The position numbers were made by a program, and so were the translations under genes. From Octopus sinensis (lineage: Eukaryota): a stretch of 64,000 nt of DNA. Under the pieces are notes generated by a model. The model was not told the DNA's origin and searched no databases. It saw only the letters and a program-made list of their open reading frames with translations. Shown here in pieces: positions 1 through 12,974 of this stretch. The stretch is from NCBI RefSeq assembly GCF_006345805.1, contig NC_043001.1:101866001-101930000 (forward strand). Reading direction: 5' to 3'. Within the stretch, counting starts at the first letter, position 1. Each line of letters starts with the position of its first letter.

Positions 1-649
1 AAGAATATTAAAATATGCACAGAATTCAATAAACGCAACTCTTTTTCCATCTTGTATTAACTAACCTTTAACACATTCTTAAAAATAAAATAACACATCT
101 TCAATTTCAAAAATATTCTAAGACTTCATTGAAATCTCTTTTCTCAGACATAATTAATTTGTTTCTGAAATTCTTTTCTTTTTAATCCCCAAAAGAAAGA
201 TTTCCAGTCTTCATTTTCATTTTCCATATTTTCACTCATGAAATAAAGTTTTGAAATTAAGTAAATATTCACTAAAGATCAACACAAAATGTTGACTGCA
301 AATATATTCGATAAACACCAACATAAATCAATCAGATAGAACTTAAAAGGCTAAACAATACCAAATGTTTTAGTCTTGTGAAAAACAGATATCTTTATAT
401 AATATGAAATGTGGATAAGTAAAAGACCCAAGTGGATGGCTCTGGTGTTCTTTGTTGTTCTATGAAAATAGAAGAGATATTCTATCTAGAGGTGAATCCT
501 TTCAACTAACATACGCTTCAATGCTTTTTCACTTTTCTTTCATACATGAGCTGTTGCAAACTGCAAAGTATTTCTACCTGAGCAACTACATAGAGTGCTC
601 CCTGGTTAGGCTGTCTGCTTTAAACCAAAGCATGAGAGAAGATCAGAAT

Positions 650-860
650 CCATGTATGGCCACTACCAAATTACAGTTCAAAAATTTGCCAAAACTTTGA
701 AGCAGTTTTGTCAGACAATTATTTTAGAAAATACAGAAATGCACCAGACAGCATCGAATTGTGTTTTACAAGCATTTCAGGAATGGAGAAAGTTCCAAGC
801 AACTGACAAGTGTAATGCAATGATTATATTTAAACCACAAAAAGATTTTTACCCAAGATT
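650..860 (+). mobile_element. Possible Penelope-like RT N-terminal relic
   Basis: ORF 652..879 contains TIILENTEM...QATDKCNAMIIFKPQKDFY, loosely like the Penelope 'ADKGNAxVI...DY' motif. Weak manual match. Confidence 0.3.
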
Positions 861-1324
861 CCTAACATCATCGTTCTAAATGTTGATGATGATCATCATT
901 GCTTTGATAACCACTTTTCCATGCTTGCATGGGTCAGATGAAATACATTGGAGCAGATTTTTATCAGCAAGAAGCCCTTTCTGCCATCAGCCTAAACCTG
1001 TTTCCAACTAAAGTTAAATTTCTTTTTGACCAGACATGTTTTCACAGAAGAGTGAAAATGAAAACAAATGGCACTATTTGTATGATGGTGTTACTTGCTT
1101 GCATCTAGGAAATGATGTCAAGACAATGAGACACACACACACACATATATATTCATACTTTTGTTTATGTTGGAACAATGAGAGAAAACTATACAAAAGA
1201 TATTGTACAGGATTGGAAGATATGATTTTTTGTTTTATTGAAACTAAAACTTTGTCTTATGACTCAAGTTTCATGTTACTGCAATCTTCAGGTGGGAACC
1301 TGGTTTCAGCTTCAATAGAAGAAC

Positions 1325-1333
<9 letters not shown>

Positions 1334-1393
<60 letters not shown>
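1334..1393. repeat. (TA)n microsatellite
   Basis: Direct observation. Confidence 0.95.
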
Positions 1394-1395
<2 letters not shown>

Positions 1396-1727
1396 CACCT
1401 TCTTAAGATGCCATGCAGTGGAAGTGAAGCTGGACCAAAGGCATTGAGCAGCAAACTTCAGAGACACTCAGCCATGCTTACATCATTGATGCTAATATTA
1501 AAGTTATAATATCATATTGTGTCGAAATTTGTCTTGTTTGACAACAGTATCTAGAGAGGAAAGAAAGGTGGTGTTGCCATGAGCAGCTTTAGAAGAACTG
1601 ATGGATCTGGGCCTGCATTTGCCAATGTTCTTTGACATATATTTAGCTCACAACACATAGGCCTGGACAAAGATTTGCAGATATGCAAATTCACAGGTCT
1701 GCATACATATATACATGTTTGTTTGTT

Positions 1728-1769
<42 letters not shown>

Positions 1770-1869
1770 GGAAGGGTTGATGAAATAAGGGCCAGTCTGG
1801 GTTATCTTTAATAGATACCACTTTAGAAGACGGTACCTCAACATGGTACCTTGTCCATTGACTACAACC

Positions 1870-2350
1870 AGTAAAAGAGCATTATTAAGTTAAACAAGTG
1901 ATTTCACCTGAGACATTTAAGCTCAGTGTCCATGTTTCACTGCCATAGAATAGCACTGGTTCAACAATTGTCCTGAACAGCTTGATTTTGGACACTGATA
2001 AAGAAATTGTCCAACAGGCCAAACGCATGCTACACAAATGGCCCTAAATGTGAAAAAGCAGCAACATATGATAAATGAATGCCTTTATGGAGACCTGCCA
2101 AAAGTTAGCAAGAAGATCAGGTAAAGAAGGTTGCAAGTATCTGGTCACTGTGTGCCCCATCCTGAACTGGAGAAGCCACCAAATAAGTCTTGTGGAACCC
2201 ACTTCATGGTGATGTAAGAGGAAAATTCCATCACACCTACATCAACAACTTGACTGCAGAGACTGACCTGGAATGCATCCAGAACACAGAGACAGTGATG
2301 ATGGCCCATGAAGTGTGGTGGGAGAACTTTGTTGCTGGTACCCAGCCATA
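1870..2350 (+). mobile_element. Decayed RTE/RTEX-like LINE, RT C-terminal fragment
   Basis: Manual translation across stops and frameshifts gives WTLIKKLS...MALNVKKQQHMINECLYGDLPKVSKKIR*RRLQVSGHCVPHPE, matching the RTEX-type 'LYG.LPKVS.KIR.RRLRLAGHC.RH.E' tail. Confidence 0.75.
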
Positions 2351-2439
2351 ATTTAAGTTTACAACAATTGGTAGAGTTTTGTTTCTATGAAATATACAAT
2401 CATATTCTCTTTTAGTCTCTGTTGTGACAATAATCCTTT

Positions 2440-2860
2440 TTCCAGCGTCGCCTTACTGGCACTTGTGCCCCATGCTAGTAGGGTGCCAAGAGCACCATCC
2501 GAGCATGATCATTGCCTGAGCGGCTAACTGGCTTCCGTGTAGCTGGCACATAAATGGCACCATTCGGGCATGATCGTTACCAGCGTCGCCTTAATGGCAC
2601 TTGTGCCAGTGACATGTGTAAAAAGATTCGAGTGAGGTCATTGCCAGTACCGCCTTGACTGGCCCCCATGCCGGTGGCACATAAAAAGCACCCACTACAC
2701 TCCCGGAGTGGTTGGCATTAGGAAGGGCATCCAGCTGTAGAAACTCTGCCAGATCAAGTTTGGAGCCAGGTGCAGCCATCTGGTTCGCCAGCCCTCAGTC
2801 AAAAATCGTCCAACCCATGCTAGCATGGAAAGCAGACGTCAAACGATGATAATGATGATG
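2440..2860 (+). mobile_element. Family A repeat (RTE-3'-end-like, (GAT)n tail)
   Basis: Ends with ...ggaaagcagacgtcaaacgatgataatgatgatg. The same sequence recurs about 20 times in the window and directly follows the RTE ORF end at 53.1 kb. Confidence 0.85.
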
Positions 2861-2890
2861 TACAAAGTCTAACTTGTTGGAGAAGGGAGT

Positions 2891-3060
2891 AGGTTGATTA
2901 CATCGACTCCAGTTCACAACTGGTTCTTATTTTATCAACCCCAAACAATGAAACACGAAGTCAACCTCAATGGAATTTGCACTTCAAACATAAAGATGCA
3001 CGAAATACTACTAAGCATTTTGCCCAGCATGCTAACAGGTCTGCCAGCTCACCATCTTAT
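2891..3060 (-). mobile_element. Family C SINE (Meta-domain-like), degenerate
   Basis: Reverse complement resembles the copies at 24332 and 50490. Confidence 0.65.
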
Positions 3061-3199
3061 TCTCTCAGTTGTAACAAGAAGGAGAAAATTTATTTATTCC
3101 ATTAGAACAAGTCCAAAAATTTTTTAGAGAGAACTGTCAATTATATCATCCCTAATAATATATATATTCTTTTGCTTGAGGAAATCTTTTAGTCAAATG

Positions 3200-3358
3200 A
3201 ATTGACCCCAGTACTGGTATTTATTCTATCAGACTCTTTTGTTGAACCACTTGGTTGTAGGGTCTTAAACACCAATACCAGTTGTCAAGCAGTGTCAGGG
3301 GACAAACACAGACACAAAGACACACATATACACGGATATATGTGTGTGTGGATATATA

Positions 3359-3427
<69 letters not shown>

Positions 3428-3665
3428 TATACGCACATATATATACGCACATATATATATACACGCATATATATATACACATACACACACATATATATGT
3501 GTGATGGGCTTCTTTCAGTTTCCATCTACCAAATCCCCACACAAGACTTTGGTCAGCTTGTGTCTATAGTAGAAGACACTTGACCAAGGTACCTCGCAGT
3601 GGGACTGAACCTGGAACCATGTGGTTGGAAAGCAAGCTTCCTACCACACAACCACACCTCTACCT
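3200..3665 (-). mobile_element. Family B tRNA-derived SINE (CORE-like) with internal TA/CA microsatellite
   Basis: Reverse complement has A box (tggttgtgtgg), B box (ggttcagtcc) and the body shared with the copy at 14828-15232. Confidence 0.85.
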
Positions 3666-4492
3666 ATTAGCTATATTTATTAGCTATCAAAATTCTTCTC
3701 TCCACATATCAACCAGGCCATGGGTATTTTATTTCTCTGGTAATCATTATTCACTCAGTCAGCCAACACATTTTTAATTATCCATCTGAGCAGAATTTTT
3801 CCTGTATTGTTTGTTGTAAAATATTTTCTATTTCCTTTTTCAAGTTCAATTTAGAATCATGGTAAGAGAACTGTGTAGTAATAGAGAAGCGTTGTTAGTG
3901 TTGCCGCTCTAACCTTAGCTCACAGAAAGATCAGGACTTGGCACCACAAACTGTGATGTCAGCTTCACAGTGACTTCATTGTTTACAACAATGGAGTGTA
4001 TTTGTTTGTTTTACAGCCAGCTATACTGGGATGTTAAGAGTTAAGTGTATTTGCTGCAGACTCGGCGGATGTTGCTGGCATTTCTATTATGGCTTAAGTC
4101 TACAGGAAGTCTCCAGTACTGCAAACTAATAAAAGTTTGTCAATATTTTTAGTGCCAAGGACTGGGGAGTGATAGAAATGGTAGATTGCCAGACTAAATG
4201 TCACAAGGTATTCAAGTTATATATCTTTACAATCTGAGAATAAATCCCACCGAGATTCACTTTCTCATTCCTTTAGGATTGTAAAAGAAGTACCAGTTAA
4301 ATACTTGGGCTGATCAAGTCTGTTACTCCACTTCCTCCTTCTCTAGAATGTCAAGCATTATACCAGCCTTAGCAATGAATATTTTCGCAAGGGCTATAGA
4401 GTGGCAAAATAACCAGCAATTTCTTTGTTTCACTGGAGTCAGAACCCTCCCTGCGCTATATTAAGGATGCGTGATATATTTTCTTCACAGAT

Positions 4493-4790
4493 CATCATCA
4501 TCATCATCATCGTTTAACGTCAGTTTTCCATGCTGGCATGGGTTGAACAAGTCAACTGGAGTCTGGTAAGCCAGGGTGCTGCACCAGTCCCTAGTCTGAT
4601 CTGGCAGTGTTTCTACAGCTGGATGCCCTTCCTAACGCCAACCACTTCGAGAGTGTAGTGGATGCTTTTTACGCACCACTGGCACGGAAGCCAGTCAAGG
4701 TGGCACTGGCATTGACCACGTTCGGACAGTGCTTTTTACGTGCCACTGGCATGGGGATCACAACTACAATTTCCATTGATGGAAGTTGTA
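4493..4790 (-). mobile_element. Family A repeat
   Basis: catcatcatcgtttaacgtc...ctggatgcccttcctaacgccaaccac, the reverse of the family A 3' end. Confidence 0.85.
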
Positions 4791-5872
4791 TTTAGAAGCT
4801 CCATCAGTGTTGGGTGATTATTTCAAATACAGTTGGTTTCAGCTAATTATATTTCTTACATTATGAAGTTCAAGCCCCACTAGACTCAACTCTGACATTC
4901 CTTGCCATGGCATCATTAAATTAAGCTACAGTAAAATATTAAATAAGATTCAATGGACTTTCTTGCAAAATTGTAGAGTTGCCACTTTCCATAATTACAG
5001 TAAATTAATATTTGTCACTCATTGAACTAATATCTCCTACTTTCCTACCTCACTATATTACTTATGACAGCACTAACTTGACTGCTATTTTTGGCGTCCC
5101 TGAGTATATATACTTTGTTGTTATACCTCAAGAGGTGGTCTGGTCACTGATCTGACAAGTCTGAAGAATTCTGTTTTACTGGCAAGGTTTAATAAGAGGG
5201 GAACATGTCAATTATTGTGAAAATGAAATGAAAATAATATTCTTCATTAAGCTAATGTTTTTCCTTCCTACCACATAAGTATTAATTTGTTAATTAGGTA
5301 TTCCCCCACTAAATATAGGGGTGGGTGGGTGTCTAATAGCTAACTTGGCTCTTAGAAAGGAAACTAATTGAAGAGCAATGAAGTCATTTGATGTTGAGTT
5401 ATGTATTTCTCACTGTTTGGTAGGCTGTGGAGAGTTAAAGTTCTTGACCAAGGACAGATTTAGTAATGTGAATATATATATATCAAAAATAAACAAACAA
5501 ACAGAGAGCTGGAATGTTTATCGTTTGTCTGTTTCCATAATGGATTACATCTTAATGGTGGAAATAACAGGAAATATCGGTGTGGGGGAGAGAGAAATAC
5601 TAATCCTTAGCTAGGAAGGAAAAACAAGGAAAGAGAAAGGAGAGGAGGAGGAGGAAGCAAGAGAAAGAAAGAAAGAAAGAGAGAGAGAGACTTGTCGAAA
5701 TCTCAGACAAACAGGAAATAAATAAAACAAACTGGCCAAAATTCTAATGATGGAACCATCTTCTTATCTTTGGATATTTCTTTTGTTGCCAAAAATCAAA
5801 AGACAGATTTTCCTTCTGACCCAAACTCACCATTTAGAACACACTCAGACAAACAAGCACACACGTGCACAC

Positions 5873-5916
<44 letters not shown>

Positions 5917-5924
5917 ACACATAT

Positions 5925-6305
5925 ATCATCATCATCATCATCATCATCAACATCATCGTTTAATGCTCGCCTTCCATGTTGGTGTGGGTTGGACGGTTTG
6001 ACAGGAACTGGCCAGGCAAGAGCCTGCACCATATCTGTTTATGCATGTCTATTATACACACACACATGCATGCACACACATATCATCATCATCGTTTAAT
6101 ATCTGCATTCCATGCTGGCATGGGTTGGACGGTTTGACTGAAGGTTAGCAAGCCAGGAGACAACACCAGGCTCCTGTCTGATCTAGCAAGGTTTCTACAG
6201 CTGGATGCCAATCACTCTGAGAGTGTAGTGGGTGCTTTTACGTGCCATGGGCATGGGAGCCAGTCAGGCAGCACTGGCATCAGTCATGCTCAAATGGTGC
6301 TTTTG
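5925..6305 (-). mobile_element. Family A repeat, two juxtaposed partial copies
   Basis: Two catcatcgtttaa...catgggttggacggtttgac starts, at about 5950 and 6085. Confidence 0.8.
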
Positions 6306-6639
6306 GTGCTTAAACATATATATACCTGTGTGTGTATGTGTGTGTGTGCATGCGCACTAATATCAAATGGTGAGAGGGAGTACTCAATACAGCATTTGTG
6401 GATCAATATTCTTTATTTGTGGGTGAACAAGGCTGCTGATGGTTTCATGCTGAAAGATTTTCACAATTGTTTAAGAAAGCCACAAGGAAGTGTTGGTACT
6501 CATCTCCATTTTGGATGTGGATACTTATGCAAATAAATAAAGAAATAAATGTGTGTGTGTGTGTGAGTGTGTATATATATATATATATACACACACGCAC
6601 ATATATATATACACATGTATATACACTCACACATATATA

Positions 6640-6685
<46 letters not shown>

Positions 6686-6735
6686 CACATATATATATAT
6701 ATATATACACATGTATATACACTCACACATATATA

Positions 6736-6782
<47 letters not shown>

Positions 6783-6802
6783 GCATATATATATATACAT
6801 AC

Positions 6803-7176
6803 ATACACAAGAGTTAAGGAATGGAATAGATAAGGTCTGGGCTACGTATGTTTCATAGAGTGCGGAACCTCAGAAGTGGCAAATATCCAAGCAAGGTGTG
6901 TACCGCAGGCTACTCTTCAGGCTGAGGATATCTTGTTTAAATGAAAGGTTACGTTGTCACAAGGAAGTACATGTTAACATATGTAAGATTCAATCAGAAT
7001 TCTAATTGAATCTTCCATGTGTTAACCTGTACCTACTTGCCACAATGTAACCTTTAATTTAAACAAGATACCCTTAGCTTGAAGAGTGATCTGGGATATT
7101 GCCACTTCCAATGTTCCACTTGCTATGAAACATATGTTGTCCAGATCTTATCTACATTATTCTGTAACTCTTGTAT
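6803..7176. mobile_element. Foldback element with two inverted hammerhead-like motifs (Penelope-like terminal repeat derivative)
   Basis: Arms of about 180 bp are imperfect reverse complements around the loop cagaattcta (~6995). Each arm carries (C/T)TGAAGA...GAAACATA(C/T)G-T(A/T). Confidence 0.7.
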
Positions 7177-7515
7177 CCTTATTCACATGCCTGGTAACCT
7201 TGGTTGCCTACCATGAAATATAAGGAACATTTTCCAATTTATTGTACTTCAATAAGAAAAATATAAATTGAAAGATTGATCATATAAATGTATAGATAGA
7301 TAGATAGATAGATAGATCATGTACAATAATCCCTCAACTATCGCGGGTCATTTTCCTATGTGATTGTAATGACCGTAGTCGGTGAGTGGGAGAGGGTAGA
7401 TGAACACCATCGTTGCTCTTTTTAACCCTAGGTCGGCTGATCCAGCAGACCAACAATCAACGACATAGACTTTGACCAAACAGACTTTGTATCTCCAGGA
7501 ATATGTTCCCTAATG

Positions 7516-7884
7516 CAGGGCTTCTCAACCAATTTTTTCCTAACAACTCCTTTGATTCCTATTTTAGCCAGGTGGACCCCAATAGCTATTAGAGGTTTTT
7601 AAAAAATCCTTTTATATTTTGATAATTAAACATTATTAGAAATTCCTTTATTCTTTTATTTGTTTCAGTCATCTGATTGTGGCCATACTGGAGCACCACC
7701 TTAAGGGGTTTTAGTCAACCCCAGGACTTCTTTGTAATCCTAGTACTTATTCTATCACTCTCTTTCGCCACACTGCTAAGTTATGGGGACATAAATGCAC
7801 TAACATCGATTGTCAAATGATAGTGGAAGGACAAACACAGACACACAAATACATACATATATATACATATATATATATATATGT

Positions 7885-7919
<35 letters not shown>

Positions 7920-8215
7920 GTACATATGCGTTGGGCTTCTTCCAGTTTCCATTCAGCAAATTCACTCATGAGGCTTTGGTTCACCTGAAGCTATAGTAGA
8001 AGACACTTGCCTAAGATGCCATGCATTGGGACTGAACCCAGAACCATGAGGTTGGGAAGCAAGCTTCTCACCACACAGCCACCCCTGTGCCTAGAAAAGT
8101 TGCTAAAATATTTTGTGTCTTGTAGAACTGCAACCAATTTATTGCACATGAGTTCTCACAGCAAGATCTCCAGTGCAGTCCCAGGGGCCATACCGACCAT
8201 GATTGATAACCACTG
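7516..8215. mobile_element. Possible hAT/Charlie-like non-autonomous element interrupted by a family B SINE
   Basis: Left end cagggcttctcaacc and right end gattgataaccactg form imperfect TIRs starting CAG. The 8-bp flanks ccctaatg and gtctaagg match only partly. Confidence 0.3.
7660..8090 (-). mobile_element. Family B SINE
   Basis: Reverse complement of the family B consensus, with internal (TA)/(TG) tract. Confidence 0.85.
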
Positions 8216-8359
8216 GTCTAAGGTGCCCTTTTTTCTAAGGCAATAAAGTGTGAAGGGAGGGACATGTAGCTACTCTTTCAAGCTGGTGAAACAACCATAT
8301 AAAATCTTGCCATATTGGCAGTAATGGCCATGGTAGGATTGGGGGTATCATTAGTCTGA

Positions 8360-8726
8360 TAGTAGTAGTAGTAGTAATAGTAGTAGTAGTAGTAGTAGTA
8401 GTAGTACTAGTAGTAGATGCAGCAGCAGCAGCAGCAAGGTAGTGTTGCCAGCCCTGCTGATGCAAGCCGAATTGTTTGATATTAGAAACAGCAGCAGATT
8501 AAGTAACCAAGATGGTGTGGTAGTAGGATAGTAGCAGTTTTCATGGTGGTGGCAGCAGCAATGAGTAGTAGTAGTAGTAGTAGCAGCAGCAGCAGCAGTA
8601 GTAGTAGTAGCAGCAGCAGCAGTGAAGCAGTAGTAGTAGTAGTAGTAGTAATAGTAGTAGTAATAGTAGTAGTAATAGTAGTAGTATAGTAGTAGTAGCA
8701 GCAGCAGTAGTAGTAGTAATAGTAGT

Positions 8727-8765
<39 letters not shown>

Positions 8766-8953
8766 ATAGTAGTAGTACTAGTAGTAGATGCAGCAGCAGC
8801 AGCAGCAAAGGTAGTGTTGCCAGCCCTGCTGATGCAAGCCGAATTGTTTGATATTAGAAACAGCAGCAGATTAAGTAACCAAGATGGTGTGGTAGTAGGA
8901 TAGTAGCAGTTTTCATGGTGGTGGCAGCAGCAATGAGTAGTAGTAGTAGTAGT

Positions 8954-8985
<32 letters not shown>

Positions 8986-9100
8986 CAGCAGCAGCAGTGA
9001 AGCAGTAGTAGTAGTAGTAGTAGTAATAGTAGTAGTAATAGTAGTAGTAATAGTAGTAGTAATAGTAGTAGCAGCAGCAGCAGTAGTAGTAATAGTAGTT

Positions 9101-9167
<67 letters not shown>

Positions 9168-9460
9168 CGGCAGTAGTAGTAGAAGTAGTAGTTATAGTAG
9201 TAGAAGTAGTAGCAGCAGTAGTAGTAGTAGTAGTAGTATTATAGAAGTAGTAGTTGTAGTAGTTTTAGTAGTAGAAGTAGTAGTAGTGGGGGTGCTGTTG
9301 GTGGTGGTAGTGGTGATAGTAGTTGTAGTGGTCATGGTAGTAGTAGTAGTAACAGTGGAGGTGAAGGTGATGTTGAAAGAGATAGTGATGATGATGATGA
9401 TGATGATGAACATTGACGGTGGTGGTGGTGTCGGTGGTGTCGGTGGTGGTGGTGTCGGTG
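8360..9460. repeat. Compound (AGT)n/(AGC)n/(GGT)n trinucleotide array containing a 372-bp tandem duplication
   Basis: The unique core gcaagccgaattgtttgatattagaaacagc... occurs twice, with its start near 8462 and 8834. Confidence 0.9.
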
Positions 9461-9498
9461 GCAGTGTCTGCTGTCTGAAGAGTTGTCTAAATATTTAC

Positions 9499-9546
9499 CG
9501 TGTATCATCAGTGCTGCTGCTTTTCCATTCTCTTTTAAGACATTTG
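9499..9546 (-). other. Candidate exon (or 3' end of a first exon) of an unidentified minus-strand gene
   Basis: cttaacAG|48 nt|GTaaat; open phase 1-1 frame (A)NVLKENGKAAALMIH(G); lies in a locally CpG-richer tract. Confidence 0.25.
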
Positions 9547-9879
9547 CTGTTAAGTTTGTTGGTTTGCGATGGGAGGAGGAGGAGGGAGAGAGTGGTTGGC
9601 CCGACAATAATAAATAGACAGACGGATGGACATGGAGAGATAAAGACAGGCAGACAGACAGACGCACGGAGGAGGAGGAGGCGCGAACAGAAGGAAATCT
9701 ACACAATCACACAGAGAGACAAACAGACAGACAGACAGACAAGCAAAAGCTGTACATTTATTTTACACACATACACGTGTGTGTGTGTGTATGTGTATGT
9801 GTTTATGCGGGTGTATATATGCATGAGCATGTGTGTGCAAAATAAACATATAATAGTGTTTGTATATCTCTTTATCTAG

Positions 9880-9911
9880 CTCTCTCTTATTGTGTAGGTT
9901 ACACACACACA

Positions 9912-9942
<31 letters not shown>

Positions 9943-10309
9943 TACATACATACATATACATACATACATACACTCACATGCACACACTCACACATGTACA
10001 CACACATACATGCATACATTCACACACATGTACATACACACACACACATATATGTACATACACCTATGTGCATGTATGTATATACATATGCATATATATA
10101 TATGTATCCATATATGTACATGCACGCGCATACACACACAAACATACATACACCCACACACATACATACACACACACACACACGCACACACACATATATG
10201 GTATATATAATGAAAATACTTTCCAAATACATCAGTGATGCATTTCATCACAAAGTCAATAGAAGATGCTAAATAGACCTAACGTGAGAGCAGAACAATT
10301 ATACACATG

Positions 10310-10340
<31 letters not shown>

Positions 10341-10360
10341 ACACACACACACACACTGCT
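9880..10360. repeat. (CA)n/(TACA)n microsatellite field
   Basis: Direct observation. Confidence 0.9.
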
Positions 10361-10559
10361 GGTGGTGGGGTAGTTTCCATGACATAAATCAAGATATTAT
10401 GATACAAACATCAAGACATTTAAAGTATAGAGTGAAGAAATATTTAAAGAAAAGCAGCTGTAGCTGGCTCTTAACATTCTAATACAAATGATAGGCAAAA
10501 GAATACATGAGGAAAATCTATATACATACATATGTGTATATATATATATATGTATGTAT

Positions 10560-11000
10560 ATATCATCATCATCATTTAACATCCACTTTCCATGTTGGCA
10601 TGGGTTGGACGATTTGACTGAGGAGACTGGTGAACCAGATGGCTGCACCAGGCTCCAATCTGATCTGGCAACGTTTCTACAGCTCGATGCCCTTCCTAAC
10701 ACCAACCACTCCGAGAGTGTAGTGGGTGCTTTTTACATGCCACCAGCACGAGGGCCAGTCAGGCGGTACTGGCAACGGCCATGCTCAAATGGTGTTTTTT
10801 TATGTGCCATCTGCACAGGGGCCAGTCTAGCAGCACTGGCAACGACCTTGCTCAAATGTTGTTTTTCCCATACCACCAGCAAAAGTGCCAGTAAGGCGAC
10901 GCTGGTAATGATCACGCTCGTATGATGCTTTTCACGTGGCGCCGGCACGGAAGCTAGTTGGCCACTCTGGCAATGATCACACTCAGATGGTGCTCATAGC
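10560..11000 (-). mobile_element. Family A repeat, long copy
   Basis: Matches 2440-2860 in reverse orientation. Confidence 0.85.
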
Positions 11001-11001
11001 G

Positions 11002-11045
<44 letters not shown>

Positions 11046-11199
11046 TAACAATATAGGGTGAAAATAATTAATTTGGAATAATCATTAATTACACCAAGTA
11101 GATTTCGGCATGTAAAAGCCTCATTCGAGGAAAGTTTAAGTAATACTAAGCAATTAAGGGTTTAGCAACGAATTGCCTCACCACACACCGAATTTAGAT

Positions 11200-11216
11200 A
11201 CATATATAGATATATG

Positions 11217-11293
<77 letters not shown>

Positions 11294-11294
11294 C

Positions 11295-11386
<92 letters not shown>
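11200..11386. repeat. (TA)n microsatellite
   Basis: Direct observation. Confidence 0.95.
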
Positions 11387-11997
11387 GGATGTAGGTAGAT
11401 TTATTTCTGTGTGATAGAAGCATATAAAATTTGCTTACTTCATCAGCAGGAAATCACTAATGAGAAATTTTCTATGGTTAAATTGATTTATATACATGTG
11501 ACTGACATAAATTGGAAAATATATGGCAAACAAATTGTCAGTAAGCGTCAGACCAATAATAATTTGTAGGGTAGGAATTACGTCCCCACTTTTAAACAAA
11601 ATTCTAAATTACAGATGAGTAAATATTCATAAAATATATTGAGACAACGTTTCAGGACAACATCCATGATGTACCTTCACTGGACCTAATGTAAGGCTAG
11701 AGAAATGATATTGTTTGTATAATAAGGGAACGCATGATTGTTTGTGACTGTTGTGAGTGATATGACCAATTAGACATCCATAATCACATGATAGTGAAGA
11801 GAAATTTATACACACACGTTCATCCATTTGTTTTCTTTGGCTGTATCTATCTATGTACATCAATATGACTGTTGGCCCCTTTTTTTTCTTTTTATTCGTG
11901 AGTTGGGTTTCCTTGCAGCCTTAGCAGTGCTGCAGTGTATGGAACTGGAAACGTCTTGCCTCTCATGGTGAATGACCTCTCAGTGAGGAATTCAAGT

Positions 11998-12185
11998 TCA
12001 TCATCATCATCATCGTTTAACGTCTGTTTTCCGCGCTAGCATGGGTTGGACGGTTCGACCGGGGTCTGAGAAGCCGAGGGCTGCACCAGGCTCCAGTCTG
12101 ATCTGGCAGAGTTTCTACAGCTGGATGCCCTTCCTAATGCCAACCACTCCGCGAGTGTAATGGGTGCTTTTTACGTGCCACCTTT
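11998..12185 (-). mobile_element. Family A repeat, 3' part
   Basis: catcatcgtttaacgtctgttttccgcgctagcatgggttggacgg... Confidence 0.85.
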
Positions 12186-12838
12186 TTACGTGCACCTTGG
12201 GCAAGTCTCTTCTACTATAACCTCATGTCGACCTACGTCTTGTGGGTGGATTTGGTAGATGGAAACTGAAAGAAGCCCATCGTATATATATGTGTGTTTA
12301 TATATATACATATTTAGGTGTGTGTGTGTCATTTGACTAAAAGTTTGTTGAGGCAGTGCTCCAGAAAGAAATCCTACATTTTCCAGGGAAAGAAGGGAAT
12401 CATTGGCAAGCATCAGGGCAAGAACAGGGAGGAAATGAAGAGCAGAGAAGGCAATGCAGAGGAGTGCCTAACGTGTGTGTGTGTCTGTAAATGTGTGTGT
12501 GTGTGTGTCTGATGGAAACACAAGTAACAGAAATAAATCAATCTGTATACATCAGACTAAAATACATTCGTTTCTAATTTCTGAGTCTGGATGGAGATAT
12601 GTCTCAGTGAGATGATGGTCGCATATAAATTAATACATTCATTTGCTTCATCAACAGGAAATCACTAAAGAGAAATTTGCTACAAGAAAATTGATTTATA
12701 TACACAGCGGGGGGGGGGGGATGCTGACGTAAATCAGAAAACGTATGGCCAAGAAATGTGTTTTATTTTCATATGTTCGTCTTGATTTACTTTTTCTCTC
12801 ATCTCATTTACACTACATGTTTCTCTGCGTGTTGAAAC

Positions 12839-12884
<46 letters not shown>

Positions 12885-12974
12885 ATGTATGCATGTATGT
12901 ATGTGTTTATATATATAGATATATATATATATATACACACATATATATATGTATACATACATGCATATATATAT

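Noticed and set aside
1261-1295. Minus-strand CTGAAGA...GAAA-CTTGAG-TC hammerhead-like string
   Set aside because: Stems I and II do not pair; at best a badly decayed copy.
8915-9879. Poly-Ser/Val ORFs
   Set aside because: Trinucleotide repeat translations.
11400-11450. CTGATGA-containing repeat (related copies near 12650 and 40960)
   Set aside because: The second box (GAAA) and stem III are absent in all three copies.
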